From: Escherichia coli
GTDB taxonomy: Bacteria; Pseudomonadota; Gammaproteobacteria; Enterobacterales; Enterobacteriaceae
Length of the DNA stretch: 64,000 bases
Direction: 5' to 3' (one strand)
Assembly: GCF_003019035.1 (NCBI RefSeq)
Contig: NZ_CP027447.1
Positions 9,018-19,419 of the stretch are shown here, one piece after another. How positions within the stretch are numbered: the stretch's first letter is position 1; the number at the start of each line of letters is the position of its first letter. The notes below the pieces were generated by a model. That model did no database searches, was not told where the DNA came from, and worked only from the letters and a program-made list of their open reading frames with translations. The position numbers were made by a program, and so were the translations under genes.

Positions 9018-12000
9018 TTACCATTTCACTGTCATCGACAAAAACCCTGCCGTCTGGGCAAAATCATCACTCCCTTTCTGCCACGCCACGCTACCACGCA
9101 GCGAAACTCGCTGACTGATATTGCCCGTTATTCCCACTTTTATTTCACCCCGTTGCTTCACCGCATCGTCACTGATAGTGCTGCCATCTTCTTCAATTTC
9201 CGTCGCATGGGGATCGTGATAATAATTCAGATCTAATGTTGGTATGACACCAACCGCGGTACGCCATTCGCTGTGTAAACCCAGCCGCGTTTGAATATCA
9301 TCACCCTGCGATTGTGACACCCGCGCATGGTTAGCAGCGGTGAAATCATCCTGCTGCACGCCCTGATAAATCACCTGCGCCTGTGGTTCAATCACCACTC
9401 CATGCCCCGGTAACCACTGATACCCGGCTTCCAGCGAGGCGATAATCCCCGATGAGTGGTAATGATCCGCGCCATCTTCATGTTCGGAAACATCATTGTT
9501 AAACCACGCGTATTGCAGCCAGCTATCCAGCCAGGCCCCCTGCTTCTGATTACCGTGCTGGAACCAGCTTGAGGTCAGACCAACGGCATAACCGTGGTTC
9601 TGGTTATCGGCGCGAGTTCCGGTCATATTCGAGCGGCTGTCGCCCTGGTTATCACTGTAGCCACCAACCGCCCCAAGCATCCACTCGCCATCCATGCCCC
9701 AGCGCCCGCTAAACAAGTCGCCGCTAAGCTGCACCGTAGAAGTGTCTTCATGCTGAGCCAGTTGCCCCGCTGCTGTGTAATGATAATCTCCGCCGATAAC
9801 ACGTAAATTCAGCGTCTGACCATCGCCACCAGCGTGATCGCGTCGCTCCATCACAAATGCCTGATTTGCCGCACGTAGGTTATTGAGATAGCCACCAACT
9901 TTGGCATTCAGCACCGGCTGGTAGGCAGGCGTAGGGGCTGGAGCCGGGTCGGGTGTTGGATCAGGATCCGGCGTAGGATCAGGATCTGGAGTCGGGTCTG
10001 GATCGGGCGGCGATGGTGGCGTTACTTCTTGCGATCGCAGATACCAGTCGTTGTTATCTTCCACCAGCGTGTAGTCATACGCTCCCATATTGACGTAGCC
10101 GCTGCCCGCCAGACTGAACTGCGCATTGTTTTGAAATTGCGTTGGATCGGCTGCGAAATCAACCACTTTAATGCCCGTAGATGTCGGCTCACCAATACCC
10201 GTAATGGGATTAATTACCACGGTCGTGTTGCCAGCAGTATTACCGTTCAACACCAGTTGGTCGCTTGCCGAGTCATCGCCGTTTAATTCGCTGTCGAGAA
10301 ACAACGTACCGCCACCGGTGTAATCACCGTTTACCGTGAGCGTGTCGCCAGCAACGCCATTTTGCAGACTGACAGCACCGGAAGTATTAGTTAGATCACC
10401 ATTGACCGTCACGTCTGAAAGATAAGTCAGGCTGTCAGTTTCAAGGTTGGTATTAAGCTCGCCTGTCAGCGTCACACCATCGGTGGCATTCACCAACGTA
10501 CCGTCGCCGCTAAACAGCGAGGCATCCAGCGCCTGGTTCGTATCCTGCTGCGTCAATCGCAACACAGTACCATCGGTTATGTCGATATCGCCGCCAGAGG
10601 TGGCATCGATTGAACGAATATCCTGATTTTGCCCGGTTTCAAAAACACCGTCTTCCCCCACCCACAGTGAAGAAACATAAGGAATAATATTCTCCGCTTC
10701 ACCTTTTAGCGTTCCGTCCTCCACACGTACCGCAGACGTCGCAGTGCCGCTGGCGGTCAACTCCAGCGTCCCGCCGCCACTTTTAGTCAACGTGCTTACG
10801 CTATCCAGTTGTTGCCCGGTACTATCCGCCATCAACCCGCCCCATTGCGTATCTACGCCATCCTCAACGTGTATTTCGCCATCAGCGCGCATTTCAATAT
10901 TCCTGCCCTGACCTGTTGTAGCCGAGCGAGTGTCAACATCAGTCGTCACATCCATTTCACTGTGTTGTTGGGGATCTGTGAAGATCACTGAACGGTTGTA
11001 ACTTGTGTCCCCCAATTGCGAATTATCGCTGACTTCAAGCGTACCGGAGGCGATTTGCGTATTACCGAGATAACCGTTGTTATTCGCCAGCGTTACGCGC
11101 TGATCCCCCGCATTAATGACGACATAAACGCCATTCTGGCTGGCATCACTGCCGCCAATATGTAAATCATCGCCACTGCTGATATCAACGACATCATTAC
11201 TACCAATCACTGTCCCCCCGCTGCCGCTGATTTGCAGACCGTCATTGTATGAGCTATCGCCATCCCAGGTGGTGAAATCAGAGAGATCCAATACTCCGCC
11301 ATTTAGCACGATCGATTGCGGATCGCTCTGCATTGCCCGTAAATCGGCCTGATTCCCCGCCAGCGACAATACGGCGTTATCTTCCACCACAATATCGCCG
11401 GTTAATGCCATCGACTGCGCCCCTGTCAGGAGATAGCTGCCATCTTGCGCTACCGTCAACTGTCCTTCACCCTGAATCGAGCCGGAAAAACCGCCCTGGT
11501 TTACGGTAACATTGCCGCCTGCGTCGATATTCAAAATGCCATTAGCAAAACCGGTTAATGAGTGCACAAACGTTTGTTGTGTATTGCCAACATTCAGTTC
11601 TGCCTGATACTCAGAATGAACAGTGCTGCCGACCATCAGACCAAAGCAATCCTGCGGATCGCTCTGACAGTGCGTGTCGCCGACATTCATTAACTCATCG
11701 CTGCGCCCCAACGTCACCTCGCCATTCTGGATACTCATCTCGCCGGTAAACGCATTATTGTCGGCATTGAGGACTAACTCTCCCGCTCCCTCTTTAACGA
11801 TGACTCCCGTTCCGGCAAGAGAATCAATCGCGCCATCGTTGCTGGTATTGCCTATTACCAGCGTTTTATCGGCGGCAATGTTAAATTCAGCCACACTATG
11901 ACCGATATACATAAAGCCCCCCGCCGCTGCCGTCGCCGAATGGTCATATCCCGAGGCGCTGTTATTTTCATCAATCATCACACCATTGTTTTGGTCATAA

Positions 12001-12782
12001 TTATCATCAACAGAAATATCAATAAGATACGGGGATGTGGTGCTGCTGGTATAAATTGCTCCGCCATAACCTTCTGCATAGTTATTGGTAAAGGAGGTAT
12101 TATTAATTATCGTTTTTCCTGAAAGATGTGTGTTATCCGTACTATTATCCGTAACATCAATGGCACCGCCGTCCCCATCACTATAGCTGGTTGATGTATA
12201 TGCCTGATTATTATCAAAAATGACATCACTTAAATAAATATCATTATTGATAGAATAAATAGCGCCACCTTTACCATCATTGGCGATATTATTCGCAAAT
12301 ATTGCATTAGTGATATTTAAATCCATATCACCGGCATCGTTTGTTCCCGCAGAATAGATTGCTCCGCCATAGCCTCCTGCAACGTTACTGTCGAAAATAA
12401 CATTCGCAAGATTTATCATTGAGTTTTCTTTAGCAAAGATAGCTCCGCCATTATTATATTCGCCACTAATCGAGTTATTAGCAAACAGGGTCATCCCTGT
12501 TTCATTTTGTGGTGATATCGTAAATTCAGCACTTTGCTGCAAAAATACGGCGCCACCGCTGGCATTATTGGCCATACCCGAAAAAATCACCCATTGCCCA
12601 TCGGCGATGCTCCAGTCCTGCGTAATGCCTGAAAGGCTTTGCCTGCTGGCCTGACAACTCGCTTTGATATCATATCCCTGGCATGAATCCAAAACCTCCG
12701 CGACACTGTTAACAGAGAAAAGAGATGCAATCATTGACGGGAGTAAAGATAAATACTCCTTGCGTAGAAAAATAATCCGCAT
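9018..12782 (-). CDS. yfaL: Autotransporter adhesin (AIDA-I type, YfaL/EhaC)
   Basis: 1254-aa ORF with signal peptide, a long Gly/Asn/Thr-rich beta-helix passenger domain, a Pro-rich linker (PPSPPDPDPTPDPDPTPDPDPTPDPAPAPTP) and a C-terminal beta-barrel translocator ending in W. Confidence 0.9.
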   Translation of the reverse strand: MRIIFLRKEYLSLLPSMIASLFSVNSVAEVLDSCQGYDIKASCQASRQSLSGITQDWSIADGQWVIFSGMANNASGGAVFLQQSAEFTISPQNETGMTLFANNSISGEYNNGGAIFAKENSMINLANVIFDSNVAGGYGGAIYSAGTNDAGDMDLNITNAIFANNIANDGKGGAIYSINNDIYLSDVIFDNNQAYTSTSYSDGDGGAIDVTDNSTDNTHLSGKTIINNTSFTNNYAEGYGGAIYTSSTTSPYLIDISVDDNYDQNNGVMIDENNSASGYDHSATAAAGGFMYIGHSVAEFNIAADKTLVIGNTSNDGAIDSLAGTGVIVKEGAGELVLNADNNAFTGEMSIQNGEVTLGRSDELMNVGDTHCQSDPQDCFGLMVGSTVHSEYQAELNVGNTQQTFVHSLTGFANGILNIDAGGNVTVNQGGFSGSIQGEGQLTVAQDGSYLLTGAQSMALTGDIVVEDNAVLSLAGNQADLRAMQSDPQSIVLNGGVLDLSDFTTWDGDSSYNDGLQISGSGGTVIGSNDVVDISSGDDLHIGGSDASQNGVYVVINAGDQRVTLANNNGYLGNTQIASGTLEVSDNSQLGDTSYNRSVIFTDPQQHSEMDVTTDVDTRSATTGQGRNIEMRADGEIHVEDGVDTQWGGLMADSTGQQLDSVSTLTKSGGGTLELTASGTATSAVRVEDGTLKGEAENIIPYVSSLWVGEDGVFETGQNQDIRSIDATSGGDIDITDGTVLRLTQQDTNQALDASLFSGDGTLVNATDGVTLTGELNTNLETDSLTYLSDVTVNGDLTNTSGAVSLQNGVAGDTLTVNGDYTGGGTLFLDSELNGDDSASDQLVLNGNTAGNTTVVINPITGIGEPTSTGIKVVDFAADPTQFQNNAQFSLAGSGYVNMGAYDYTLVEDNNDWYLRSQEVTPPSPPDPDPTPDPDPTPDPDPTPDPAPAPTPAYQPVLNAKVGGYLNNLRAANQAFVMERRDHAGGDGQTLNLRVIGGDYHYTAAGQLAQHEDTSTVQLSGDLFSGRWGMDGEWMLGAVGGYSDNQGDSRSNMTGTRADNQNHGYAVGLTSSWFQHGNQKQGAWLDSWLQYAWFNNDVSEHEDGADHYHSSGIIASLEAGYQWLPGHGVVIEPQAQVIYQGVQQDDFTAANHARVSQSQGDDIQTRLGLHSEWRTAVGVIPTLDLNYYHDPHATEIEEDGSTISDDAVKQRGEIKVGITGNISQRVSLRGSVAWQKGSDDFAQTAGFLSMTVKW
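9933..10015. repeat. Short tandem repeat inside yfaL encoding the (PDPDPT)n linker
   Basis: Repeating ggatcaggatc / ggatctggagtcgggtctggatc units on the plus strand, corresponding to the PDPDPTPDPDPTPDPDPTPDP linker on the coding strand. Confidence 0.6.
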
Positions 12783-13315
12783 ATTAATCTGACCATCATT
12801 TTCTATAAGACGGCATATTTAATCGCATTATACGATATGGGTTATTTTTCTTTTGTAAATTGTTCAACCCGGTGCAATGGCTATTTTGTTATTATTTCAT
12901 GAATAATATCAGTGCGTCATAATTCAAGTTAATCACCTTAAGGGATATCAGTTATGTTTAAACTGAATTAAAGTAATGAATAATTTTCTTATAATATAAG
13001 GTAAATTAACAAAATGGCTTCGCATTTAACAACAACCGAAGAGAAAACAACCATTTCGACATCAACAATCGCTTACATTCGCTTATATATTGACCATAAC
13101 TGATACATCAGATTATGTGATGACTCGTGCTTAGATCAATTTTTGCAATCATTAGCCAAAAGATTAATAAACCATCTATATCAATTTATCTAACCTATTC
13201 TTCCGTTCAAGAAATCGCCGAACAGTTATTTTTAACAAATTTTTCTCTTCCCATTGACTTTCCCGGACACCTTGTCTGACCTAAGGTGCGCGAAAGCCAC
13301 TTTTTCCTTCCTGAG

Positions 13316-13324
13316 TTATCCACA
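13316..13324 (+). promoter_or_regulatory. DnaA box (TTATCCACA) in the nrdAB promoter region
   Basis: Perfect 9-mer consensus ttatccaca about 150 bp upstream of the nrdA start. Confidence 0.6.
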
Positions 13325-13353
13325 AAGTTATGCACTTGCAAGAGGGCCATTTT

Positions 13354-13400
13354 CACACTATCTTGCAGTGAATCCCAAACATACCCCCTATATATAGTGT
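13354..13400 (+). promoter_or_regulatory. Tandem NrdR-box-like palindromes upstream of nrdA
   Basis: cacactatcttgcagtg (13354-13370) and ccctatatatagtgt (13385-13400) resemble the 16-bp NrdR consensus; centres are about 31 bp apart (three helical turns). Confidence 0.55.
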
Positions 13401-13477
13401 TCTAAGCAGCTTCCCTCACTACAGGTAGTCTGCATGAAACTATTGCGGAAAGAATTCCAAAAACAGGTACGACATAC

Positions 13478-15763
13478 ATGAATCAGAATCTGCTGGTGAC
13501 AAAGCGCGACGGTAGCACAGAGCGCATCAATCTCGACAAAATCCATCGCGTTCTGGATTGGGCGGCAGAAGGACTGCATAACGTTTCGATTTCCCAGGTC
13601 GAACTGCGCTCCCACATTCAGTTTTATGACGGTATCAAGACCTCTGACATCCACGAAACCATTATCAAGGCTGCCGCAGACCTGATCTCCCGTGATGCGC
13701 CGGATTATCAGTATCTCGCCGCGCGCCTGGCGATCTTCCACCTGCGTAAAAAAGCCTACGGCCAGTTTGAGCCGCCTGCGCTGTACGACCACGTGGTGAA
13801 AATGGTCGAGATGGGCAAATACGATAATCATCTGCTGGAAGACTACACGGAAGAAGAGTTCAAGCAGATGGACACGTTTATCGATCACGACCGTGATATG
13901 ACCTTCTCTTATGCTGCCGTTAAGCAGCTGGAAGGCAAATATCTGGTGCAGAACCGTGTGACCGGCGAAATCTACGAAAGCGCCCAGTTCCTTTATATTC
14001 TGGTTGCCGCGTGCCTGTTCTCGAACTACCCGCGTGAAACGCGCCTGCAATACGTGAAGCGTTTTTACGACGCGGTTTCCACATTTAAAATTTCGCTGCC
14101 GACGCCAATCATGTCCGGCGTGCGTACCCCGACTCGTCAGTTCAGCTCCTGCGTACTGATCGAGTGCGGCGACAGCCTGGATTCCATCAACGCCACCTCC
14201 AGCGCGATTGTTAAATACGTTTCCCAGCGTGCCGGGATCGGCATCAACGCCGGGCGTATTCGTGCGCTGGGTAGCCCGATTCGCGGTGGCGAAGCGTTCC
14301 ATACCGGTTGTATTCCGTTCTATAAGCATTTCCAGACAGCGGTGAAATCCTGCTCTCAGGGCGGTGTGCGTGGCGGTGCGGCTACGCTGTTCTACCCGAT
14401 GTGGCATCTGGAAGTTGAAAGCCTGCTGGTGTTGAAAAACAACCGTGGGGTGGAAGGCAACCGCGTGCGTCATATGGACTACGGGGTACAAATCAACAAA
14501 CTGATGTATACCCGTCTGCTGAAAGGTGAAGATATCACTCTGTTCAGCCCGTCCGACGTACCGGGGTTGTACGACGCGTTCTTCGCCGATCAGGAAGAGT
14601 TTGAACGCCTGTATACCAAATATGAGAAAGACGACAGCATCCGCAAGCAGCGTGTGAAAGCCGTTGAGCTGTTCTCGCTGATGATGCAGGAACGTGCGTC
14701 TACCGGTCGTATCTATATTCAGAACGTTGACCACTGCAATACCCATAGCCCGTTTGATCCGGTCATCGCGCCAGTGCGCCAGTCTAACCTGTGCCTGGAA
14801 ATCGCCCTGCCGACCAAACCGCTGAACGACGTCAACGACGAGAACGGTGAAATCGCGCTGTGTACGCTGTCTGCTTTCAACCTGGGCGCAATTAACAGCC
14901 TGGATGAACTGGAAGAGCTGGCAATTCTGGCGGTTCGCGCACTCGACGCACTGCTGGATTATCAGGATTACCCGATCCCGGCCGCTAAACGTGGAGCGAT
15001 GGGGCGTCGTACGCTGGGTATTGGTGTGATCAACTTCGCTTACTACCTGGCGAAGCACGGTAAACGCTACTCCGACGGCAGCGCCAACAACCTGACGCAT
15101 AAAACCTTCGAAGCCATTCAGTATTACCTGCTGAAAGCGTCTAATGAGCTGGCGAAAGAGCAAGGCGCGTGCCCGTGGTTTAACGAAACCACTTACGCGA
15201 AAGGGATCCTGCCGATCGATACCTATAAGAAAGATCTGGATGCCATCGCTAATGAGCCGCTGCATTACGACTGGGAAGCACTGCGTGAGTCAATCAAAAC
15301 GCACGGCCTGCGTAACTCCACGCTTTCTGCTCTGATGCCGTCAGAGACTTCTTCGCAGATCTCTAACGCCACTAACGGTATTGAACCGCCGCGTGGTTAC
15401 GTCAGCATCAAAGCGTCGAAAGACGGTATTCTGCGCCAGGTGGTGCCGGACTACGAGCATCTGCACGACGCCTATGAGCTGCTGTGGGAAATGCCGGGTA
15501 ACGATGGCTATCTGCAACTGGTGGGTATCATGCAGAAATTTATCGATCAGTCGATCTCTGCTAACACCAACTACGATCCATCACGTTTCCCGTCAGGAAA
15601 AGTGCCGATGCAGCAGTTGCTGAAAGACCTGCTCACCGCCTACAAATTCGGGGTCAAAACGCTGTATTATCAGAACACCCGTGACGGTGCTGAAGACGCA
15701 CAAGACGATCTGGTGCCGTCAATCCAGGACGATGGCTGCGAAAGCGGCGCATGTAAGATCTGA
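13478..15763 (+). CDS. nrdA: Ribonucleoside-diphosphate reductase 1 alpha subunit
   Basis: 761-aa ORF with ATP-cone N-terminus (MNQNLLVTKRDGSTERINLDKIHRVLDWAAEG) and the class Ia RNR catalytic core. Confidence 0.97.
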   Translation: MNQNLLVTKRDGSTERINLDKIHRVLDWAAEGLHNVSISQVELRSHIQFYDGIKTSDIHETIIKAAADLISRDAPDYQYLAARLAIFHLRKKAYGQFEPPALYDHVVKMVEMGKYDNHLLEDYTEEEFKQMDTFIDHDRDMTFSYAAVKQLEGKYLVQNRVTGEIYESAQFLYILVAACLFSNYPRETRLQYVKRFYDAVSTFKISLPTPIMSGVRTPTRQFSSCVLIECGDSLDSINATSSAIVKYVSQRAGIGINAGRIRALGSPIRGGEAFHTGCIPFYKHFQTAVKSCSQGGVRGGAATLFYPMWHLEVESLLVLKNNRGVEGNRVRHMDYGVQINKLMYTRLLKGEDITLFSPSDVPGLYDAFFADQEEFERLYTKYEKDDSIRKQRVKAVELFSLMMQERASTGRIYIQNVDHCNTHSPFDPVIAPVRQSNLCLEIALPTKPLNDVNDENGEIALCTLSAFNLGAINSLDELEELAILAVRALDALLDYQDYPIPAAKRGAMGRRTLGIGVINFAYYLAKHGKRYSDGSANNLTHKTFEAIQYYLLKASNELAKEQGACPWFNETTYAKGILPIDTYKKDLDAIANEPLHYDWEALRESIKTHGLRNSTLSALMPSETSSQISNATNGIEPPRGYVSIKASKDGILRQVVPDYEHLHDAYELLWEMPGNDGYLQLVGIMQKFIDQSISANTNYDPSRFPSGKVPMQQLLKDLLTAYKFGVKTLYYQNTRDGAEDAQDDLVPSIQDDGCESGACKI

Positions 15764-15770
15764 TTTTGAG

Positions 15771-15886
15771 ATGCCGGATGCGGCGTGAACGCCTTATCTG
15801 GCCTACGGCTCGGTTTGTAGGCCTGATAAGACGCGCCAGCGTCGCATCAGGCACAGGATGCGGCGTAAAATGCCTTATCCGGCATT
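15771..15886. repeat. REP/BIME cluster in the nrdA-nrdB intergenic region
   Basis: Three REP-like units: gatgccggatgcggcgtgaacgccttatctggcctac, gtaggcctgataagacgcgccagcgtcgcatcaggc and ggatgcggcgtaaaatgccttatccggca. Confidence 0.8.
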
Positions 15887-15908
15887 AAACTCCCAACAGG
15901 ACACATTC

Positions 15909-17039
15909 ATGGCATATACCACCTTTTCACAGACGAAAAATGATCAGCTGAAAGAACCGATGTTCTTTGGTCAGCCGGTCAACGTGGCTCGCTACGATCA
16001 GCAAAAATATGACATCTTCGAAAAGCTGATCGAAAAGCAGCTCTCTTTCTTCTGGCGTCCGGAAGAAGTTGACGTTTCTCGTGACCGTATCGATTACCAG
16101 GCACTACCTGAACACGAAAAACACATCTTTATCAGCAACCTGAAATATCAGACGCTGCTGGACTCCATTCAGGGTCGCAGCCCGAACGTGGCACTGCTGC
16201 CGCTGATCTCGATCCCGGAACTGGAAACCTGGGTAGAAACCTGGGCGTTCTCAGAAACGATTCATTCCCGCTCCTATACCCATATCATCCGTAATATCGT
16301 TAACGATCCGTCGGTTGTGTTTGACGATATCGTCACTAACGAGCAGATCCAGAAACGTGCGGAAGGGATCTCCAGCTATTACGATGAACTGATCGAAATG
16401 ACCAGCTACTGGCATCTGCTGGGCGAAGGCACCCACACCGTCAACGGTAAAACCGTGACCGTTAGCCTACGTGAGCTGAAGAAAAAACTGTATCTCTGCC
16501 TGATGAGCGTTAACGCGCTGGAAGCGATTCGTTTCTATGTCAGCTTTGCTTGTTCTTTCGCATTTGCGGAACGCGAACTGATGGAAGGCAACGCCAAGAT
16601 TATTCGCTTGATTGCCCGTGACGAAGCCCTACACCTGACCGGCACCCAGCATATGCTGAATCTGCTGCGCAGCGGCGCGGATGATCCGGAGATGGCGGAA
16701 ATTGCCGAAGAATGTAAGCAGGAGTGCTATGACCTGTTTGTCCAGGCGGCACAGCAAGAGAAAGACTGGGCGGATTATCTGTTCCGTGATGGTTCGATGA
16801 TTGGTCTGAATAAAGACATCCTCTGCCAGTACGTTGAATACATCACCAATATCCGTATGCAGGCAGTCGGTTTGGATCTGCCGTTCCAGACGCGCTCCAA
16901 CCCGATCCCGTGGATCAACACCTGGCTGGTGTCTGATAACGTGCAGGTTGCTCCGCAGGAAGTGGAAGTCAGTTCTTATCTGGTCGGTCAGATTGACGCG
17001 GAAGTGGACACCGACGATTTGAGTAACTTCCAGCTCTGA
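15909..17039 (+). CDS. nrdB: Ribonucleoside-diphosphate reductase 1 beta subunit
   Basis: ORF 15858-17039. Preferred start is ATG 15909 ([37 protein letters not shown]), giving 376 aa; di-iron/tyrosyl-radical protein sequence. Confidence 0.95.
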   Translation: MAYTTFSQTKNDQLKEPMFFGQPVNVARYDQQKYDIFEKLIEKQLSFFWRPEEVDVSRDRIDYQALPEHEKHIFISNLKYQTLLDSIQGRSPNVALLPLISIPELETWVETWAFSETIHSRSYTHIIRNIVNDPSVVFDDIVTNEQIQKRAEGISSYYDELIEMTSYWHLLGEGTHTVNGKTVTVSLRELKKKLYLCLMSVNALEAIRFYVSFACSFAFAERELMEGNAKIIRLIARDEALHLTGTQHMLNLLRSGADDPEMAEIAEECKQECYDLFVQAAQQEKDWADYLFRDGSMIGLNKDILCQYVEYITNIRMQAVGLDLPFQTRSNPIPWINTWLVSDNVQVAPQEVEVSSYLVGQIDAEVDTDDLSNFQL

Positions 17040-17293
17040 TGGCCCGCGTTACCCTGCGCATTACTGGCACACAACTGCTGTGCCAGGATGAACACCCTTC
17101 CCTTCTGGCGGCGCTGGAATCCCACAATGTGGCGGTTGAGTACCAGTGCCGCGAAGGTTACTGCGGCTCCTGTCGCACCCGACTGGTCGCAGGCCAGGTG
17201 GACTGGATTGCCGAACCGTTAGCTTTTATTCAGCCGGGGGAAATTTTGCCCTGTTGTTGCCGGGCAAAAGGCGATATTGAAATCGAGATGTGA
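17039..17293 (+). CDS. yfaE: 2Fe-2S ferredoxin involved in NrdB cofactor maintenance
   Basis: 84-aa ORF with cysteine ligands (CREGYCGSCR ... CCC). Its start overlaps the nrdB stop (TGATG). Confidence 0.9.
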   Translation: MARVTLRITGTQLLCQDEHPSLLAALESHNVAVEYQCREGYCGSCRTRLVAGQVDWIAEPLAFIQPGEILPCCCRAKGDIEIEM

Positions 17294-17304
17294 ATTGGTT
17301 TTAA

Positions 17305-17342
17305 CGCCAGATACGACGCTTATACGTCTTATCTGGCCTACA
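17305..17342. repeat. REP-like palindromic unit
   Basis: cgccagatacgacgcttatacgtcttatctggcctaca between convergent yfaE and inaA. Confidence 0.6.
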
Positions 17343-17346
17343 ACGA

Positions 17347-17997
17347 TTACATAGCGTAGTAATATGCTTTCACCTGCTCCCAGTCCGCTTTGGGGATCGG
17401 CTCCAGATATTTTTCCAGCTGGCGGAAGTCATGATTAATCGCTTTATCACGACGCAAGCGGCGACGACTTTTCTCCAGGTCAAGAAATCCAGCTTCTGCC
17501 TTACCTTCTGTTTTCACATAGATATGGCGAACATAACAACAGCCATGCTGACGATTAACGCTATGCATTTTCTTAAACGCCAGCGCCACTGCTTTCAACA
17601 TGGCTTGCCGTACTTCGTCAGAATAAGGCGATACTGCATGCCGGGCATACCAGTCAGCAATGCTGATGAACCCCGCCATATCTTCAGTCACCAGCAACGC
17701 GCGCCATTCCCCCTCAATTTTCACCGCTTCACCAAAAACGATCTTCGGCACGATGACACCAGCCCGTTCCAGTTCTTTAATTACCGCAACCTCACGGACA
17801 ATCGTTGGTCGACCGAACGGATAACGTACGGAATGAAACAGATGATGCGTCATGCGCTTTACATATAGCTTTTTGCCGTTGCGCTCGACGCATTGCACCC
17901 CGCTCATACCATTACGGCGATAGTTAGGCTCTTCAACCCAGTCGCCCTCTGTTGCCCACCAGTGATTAAATTCGTCGTGCTTTGCTGAAACTGCCAT
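17347..17997 (-). CDS. inaA: Acid-inducible Kdo/WaaP-family kinase-like protein InaA
   Basis: 216-aa ORF (MAVSAKHDEFNHWWATEGDWVEEPNYRRNGMSGVQCVERNGKKLYVKRM) in the expected genomic position. Confidence 0.9.
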   Translation of the reverse strand: MAVSAKHDEFNHWWATEGDWVEEPNYRRNGMSGVQCVERNGKKLYVKRMTHHLFHSVRYPFGRPTIVREVAVIKELERAGVIVPKIVFGEAVKIEGEWRALLVTEDMAGFISIADWYARHAVSPYSDEVRQAMLKAVALAFKKMHSVNRQHGCCYVRHIYVKTEGKAEAGFLDLEKSRRRLRRDKAINHDFRQLEKYLEPIPKADWEQVKAYYYAM

Positions 17998-18077
17998 ACC
18001 CTATCGCCTGTCATTTTTTATTTACGACAATGACTATAGGTGGTTACCTGCGAAAAATCTTAATGAAACGTGTCGTA

Positions 18078-19268
18078 TTAATGAATTTCTTTTGCCGCTA
18101 CTAGCATGACACCGCTTTTGCCCTTCATTTGCAGCGCATAGACTCCACCAGCCACTACCACTAATAGTGCACCCAGCAGATAAATCATTCGGTAGCCAGT
18201 ATGTGCAACCATCATCCCCATCACACAGGCTCCCAGCGCCAGGCCTGCATCCATCGCATTGAAGAAGAGGGAGTTTGCGACACCGATTTTATGCGGTTCC
18301 ACTGAACTGATAATCTGCGTCTGAAAAACTGGCGTCACGGAACCATACCCGATACCAATCAACGCGCCAGAAACAACCATCATTATGCTTCCCTGGGTGT
18401 AGCCGAGAACCACCAGTCCAACCGTAAAGAACACAAGGCAAGGGTAAACCACATATTTCGGTCCTTTTTTGTCGCAGACATTGCCGGTAAAGGTACGGCA
18501 GATCATCAGGAAGATAGCGTAGCAAAGCAGGAAATTACTGGCTGCCGACATCAGGTTAAGTTCGCGTGCATAAAGCGCCAGAAAAGCAGAAACCCCGGCA
18601 TACGAAAAGGTCATAAAAAAGGTGACCATCGCAAATGGCAACGCCGCGCGATCGAACATGGCGGCGAAGCCCATTTTCGGCGTTGAACCATCAGCATGGC
18701 TGATAACCGGCGGCACTGTCATAATCAGCGACAGAATAATCCCCACCGCTGCCACGCCGGTGCATAACCAGAAAGCCATATTAAAGGCCTCCCAGCGCGC
18801 CATATTCAGGCCAATCCACGGCCCGACCACCATTGCCAGCCCCATTGCCAGAGAGAAAAAACTGATGCCCTCCCCACGTCGGGAGGCCGGGATCAGCCGC
18901 GCGGAAATCGTTCCTTTTACCGTAGTGATAACCCCGAAGGTAATACCATGAAGCACCCGAATAAAAAGCAGTGATTCAATTGAGTGGCAAAAAGGATACA
19001 GCGCAGTGACCACCAAGAAGGCCAGAGAAGAGAGCCCCAGAATAGTTTTATTCGAATATTTGCCCACCCATTGCCCGGCAAAGGGGCGAATAACAATGGC
19101 GGCAATTAAAAATAAAGTCACCAACAAACCTGCTTTATCAGGAGAGGCATGCAAGCGGTCTGAGATATAAATTGGCAACAATGTTAGTAAAACATAAAAG
19201 ACGAAGAAAATAATAAAACTGATGATGGTTATTGCCCAAAAATCCTTCGTCCATAACTTCTCTTTCAT
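18078..19268 (-). CDS. MFS transporter (12-TM, drug/metabolite:H+ antiporter-like)
   Basis: 396-aa highly hydrophobic ORF with MFS loop motifs (GQWVGKYSNK, RLIPASRRGEG). Divergent from a LysR regulator. Confidence 0.8.
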   Translation of the reverse strand: MKEKLWTKDFWAITIISFIIFFVFYVLLTLLPIYISDRLHASPDKAGLLVTLFLIAAIVIRPFAGQWVGKYSNKTILGLSSLAFLVVTALYPFCHSIESLLFIRVLHGITFGVITTVKGTISARLIPASRRGEGISFFSLAMGLAMVVGPWIGLNMARWEAFNMAFWLCTGVAAVGIILSLIMTVPPVISHADGSTPKMGFAAMFDRAALPFAMVTFFMTFSYAGVSAFLALYARELNLMSAASNFLLCYAIFLMICRTFTGNVCDKKGPKYVVYPCLVFFTVGLVVLGYTQGSIMMVVSGALIGIGYGSVTPVFQTQIISSVEPHKIGVANSLFFNAMDAGLALGACVMGMMVAHTGYRMIYLLGALLVVVAGGVYALQMKGKSGVMLVAAKEIH

Positions 19269-19419
19269 ACCCTACCGCCTGTCAGGATGACGCACGCAGA
19301 CAACACTCCCGTTACTGCGGTTGCGTCAAATTGTGATGTACTTTGCAGAACAGAAGTATAAATGGCGGCATGCTATTAGAGAAATTAATCGTTTTAATAT
19401 TATTGATTAGCAAACTCTA

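Noticed and set aside
13013-13102. 29-codon ORF (MASHLTTTEEKTTISTSTIAYIRLYIDHN) in the AT-rich yfaL-nrdA intergenic region
   Set aside because: Weak and poorly spaced Shine-Dalgarno, no conservation evidence available, and the region is the known long regulatory leader of nrdAB. Not supportable as a gene from sequence alone.
13388-15265. 625-aa ORF on the minus strand, antisense to nrdA
   Set aside because: It is entirely embedded antisense to a highly conserved essential gene, has no recognisable protein family features (repetitive Q/R/V-rich low-complexity translation) and no RBS context. It is best explained as a chance open frame.
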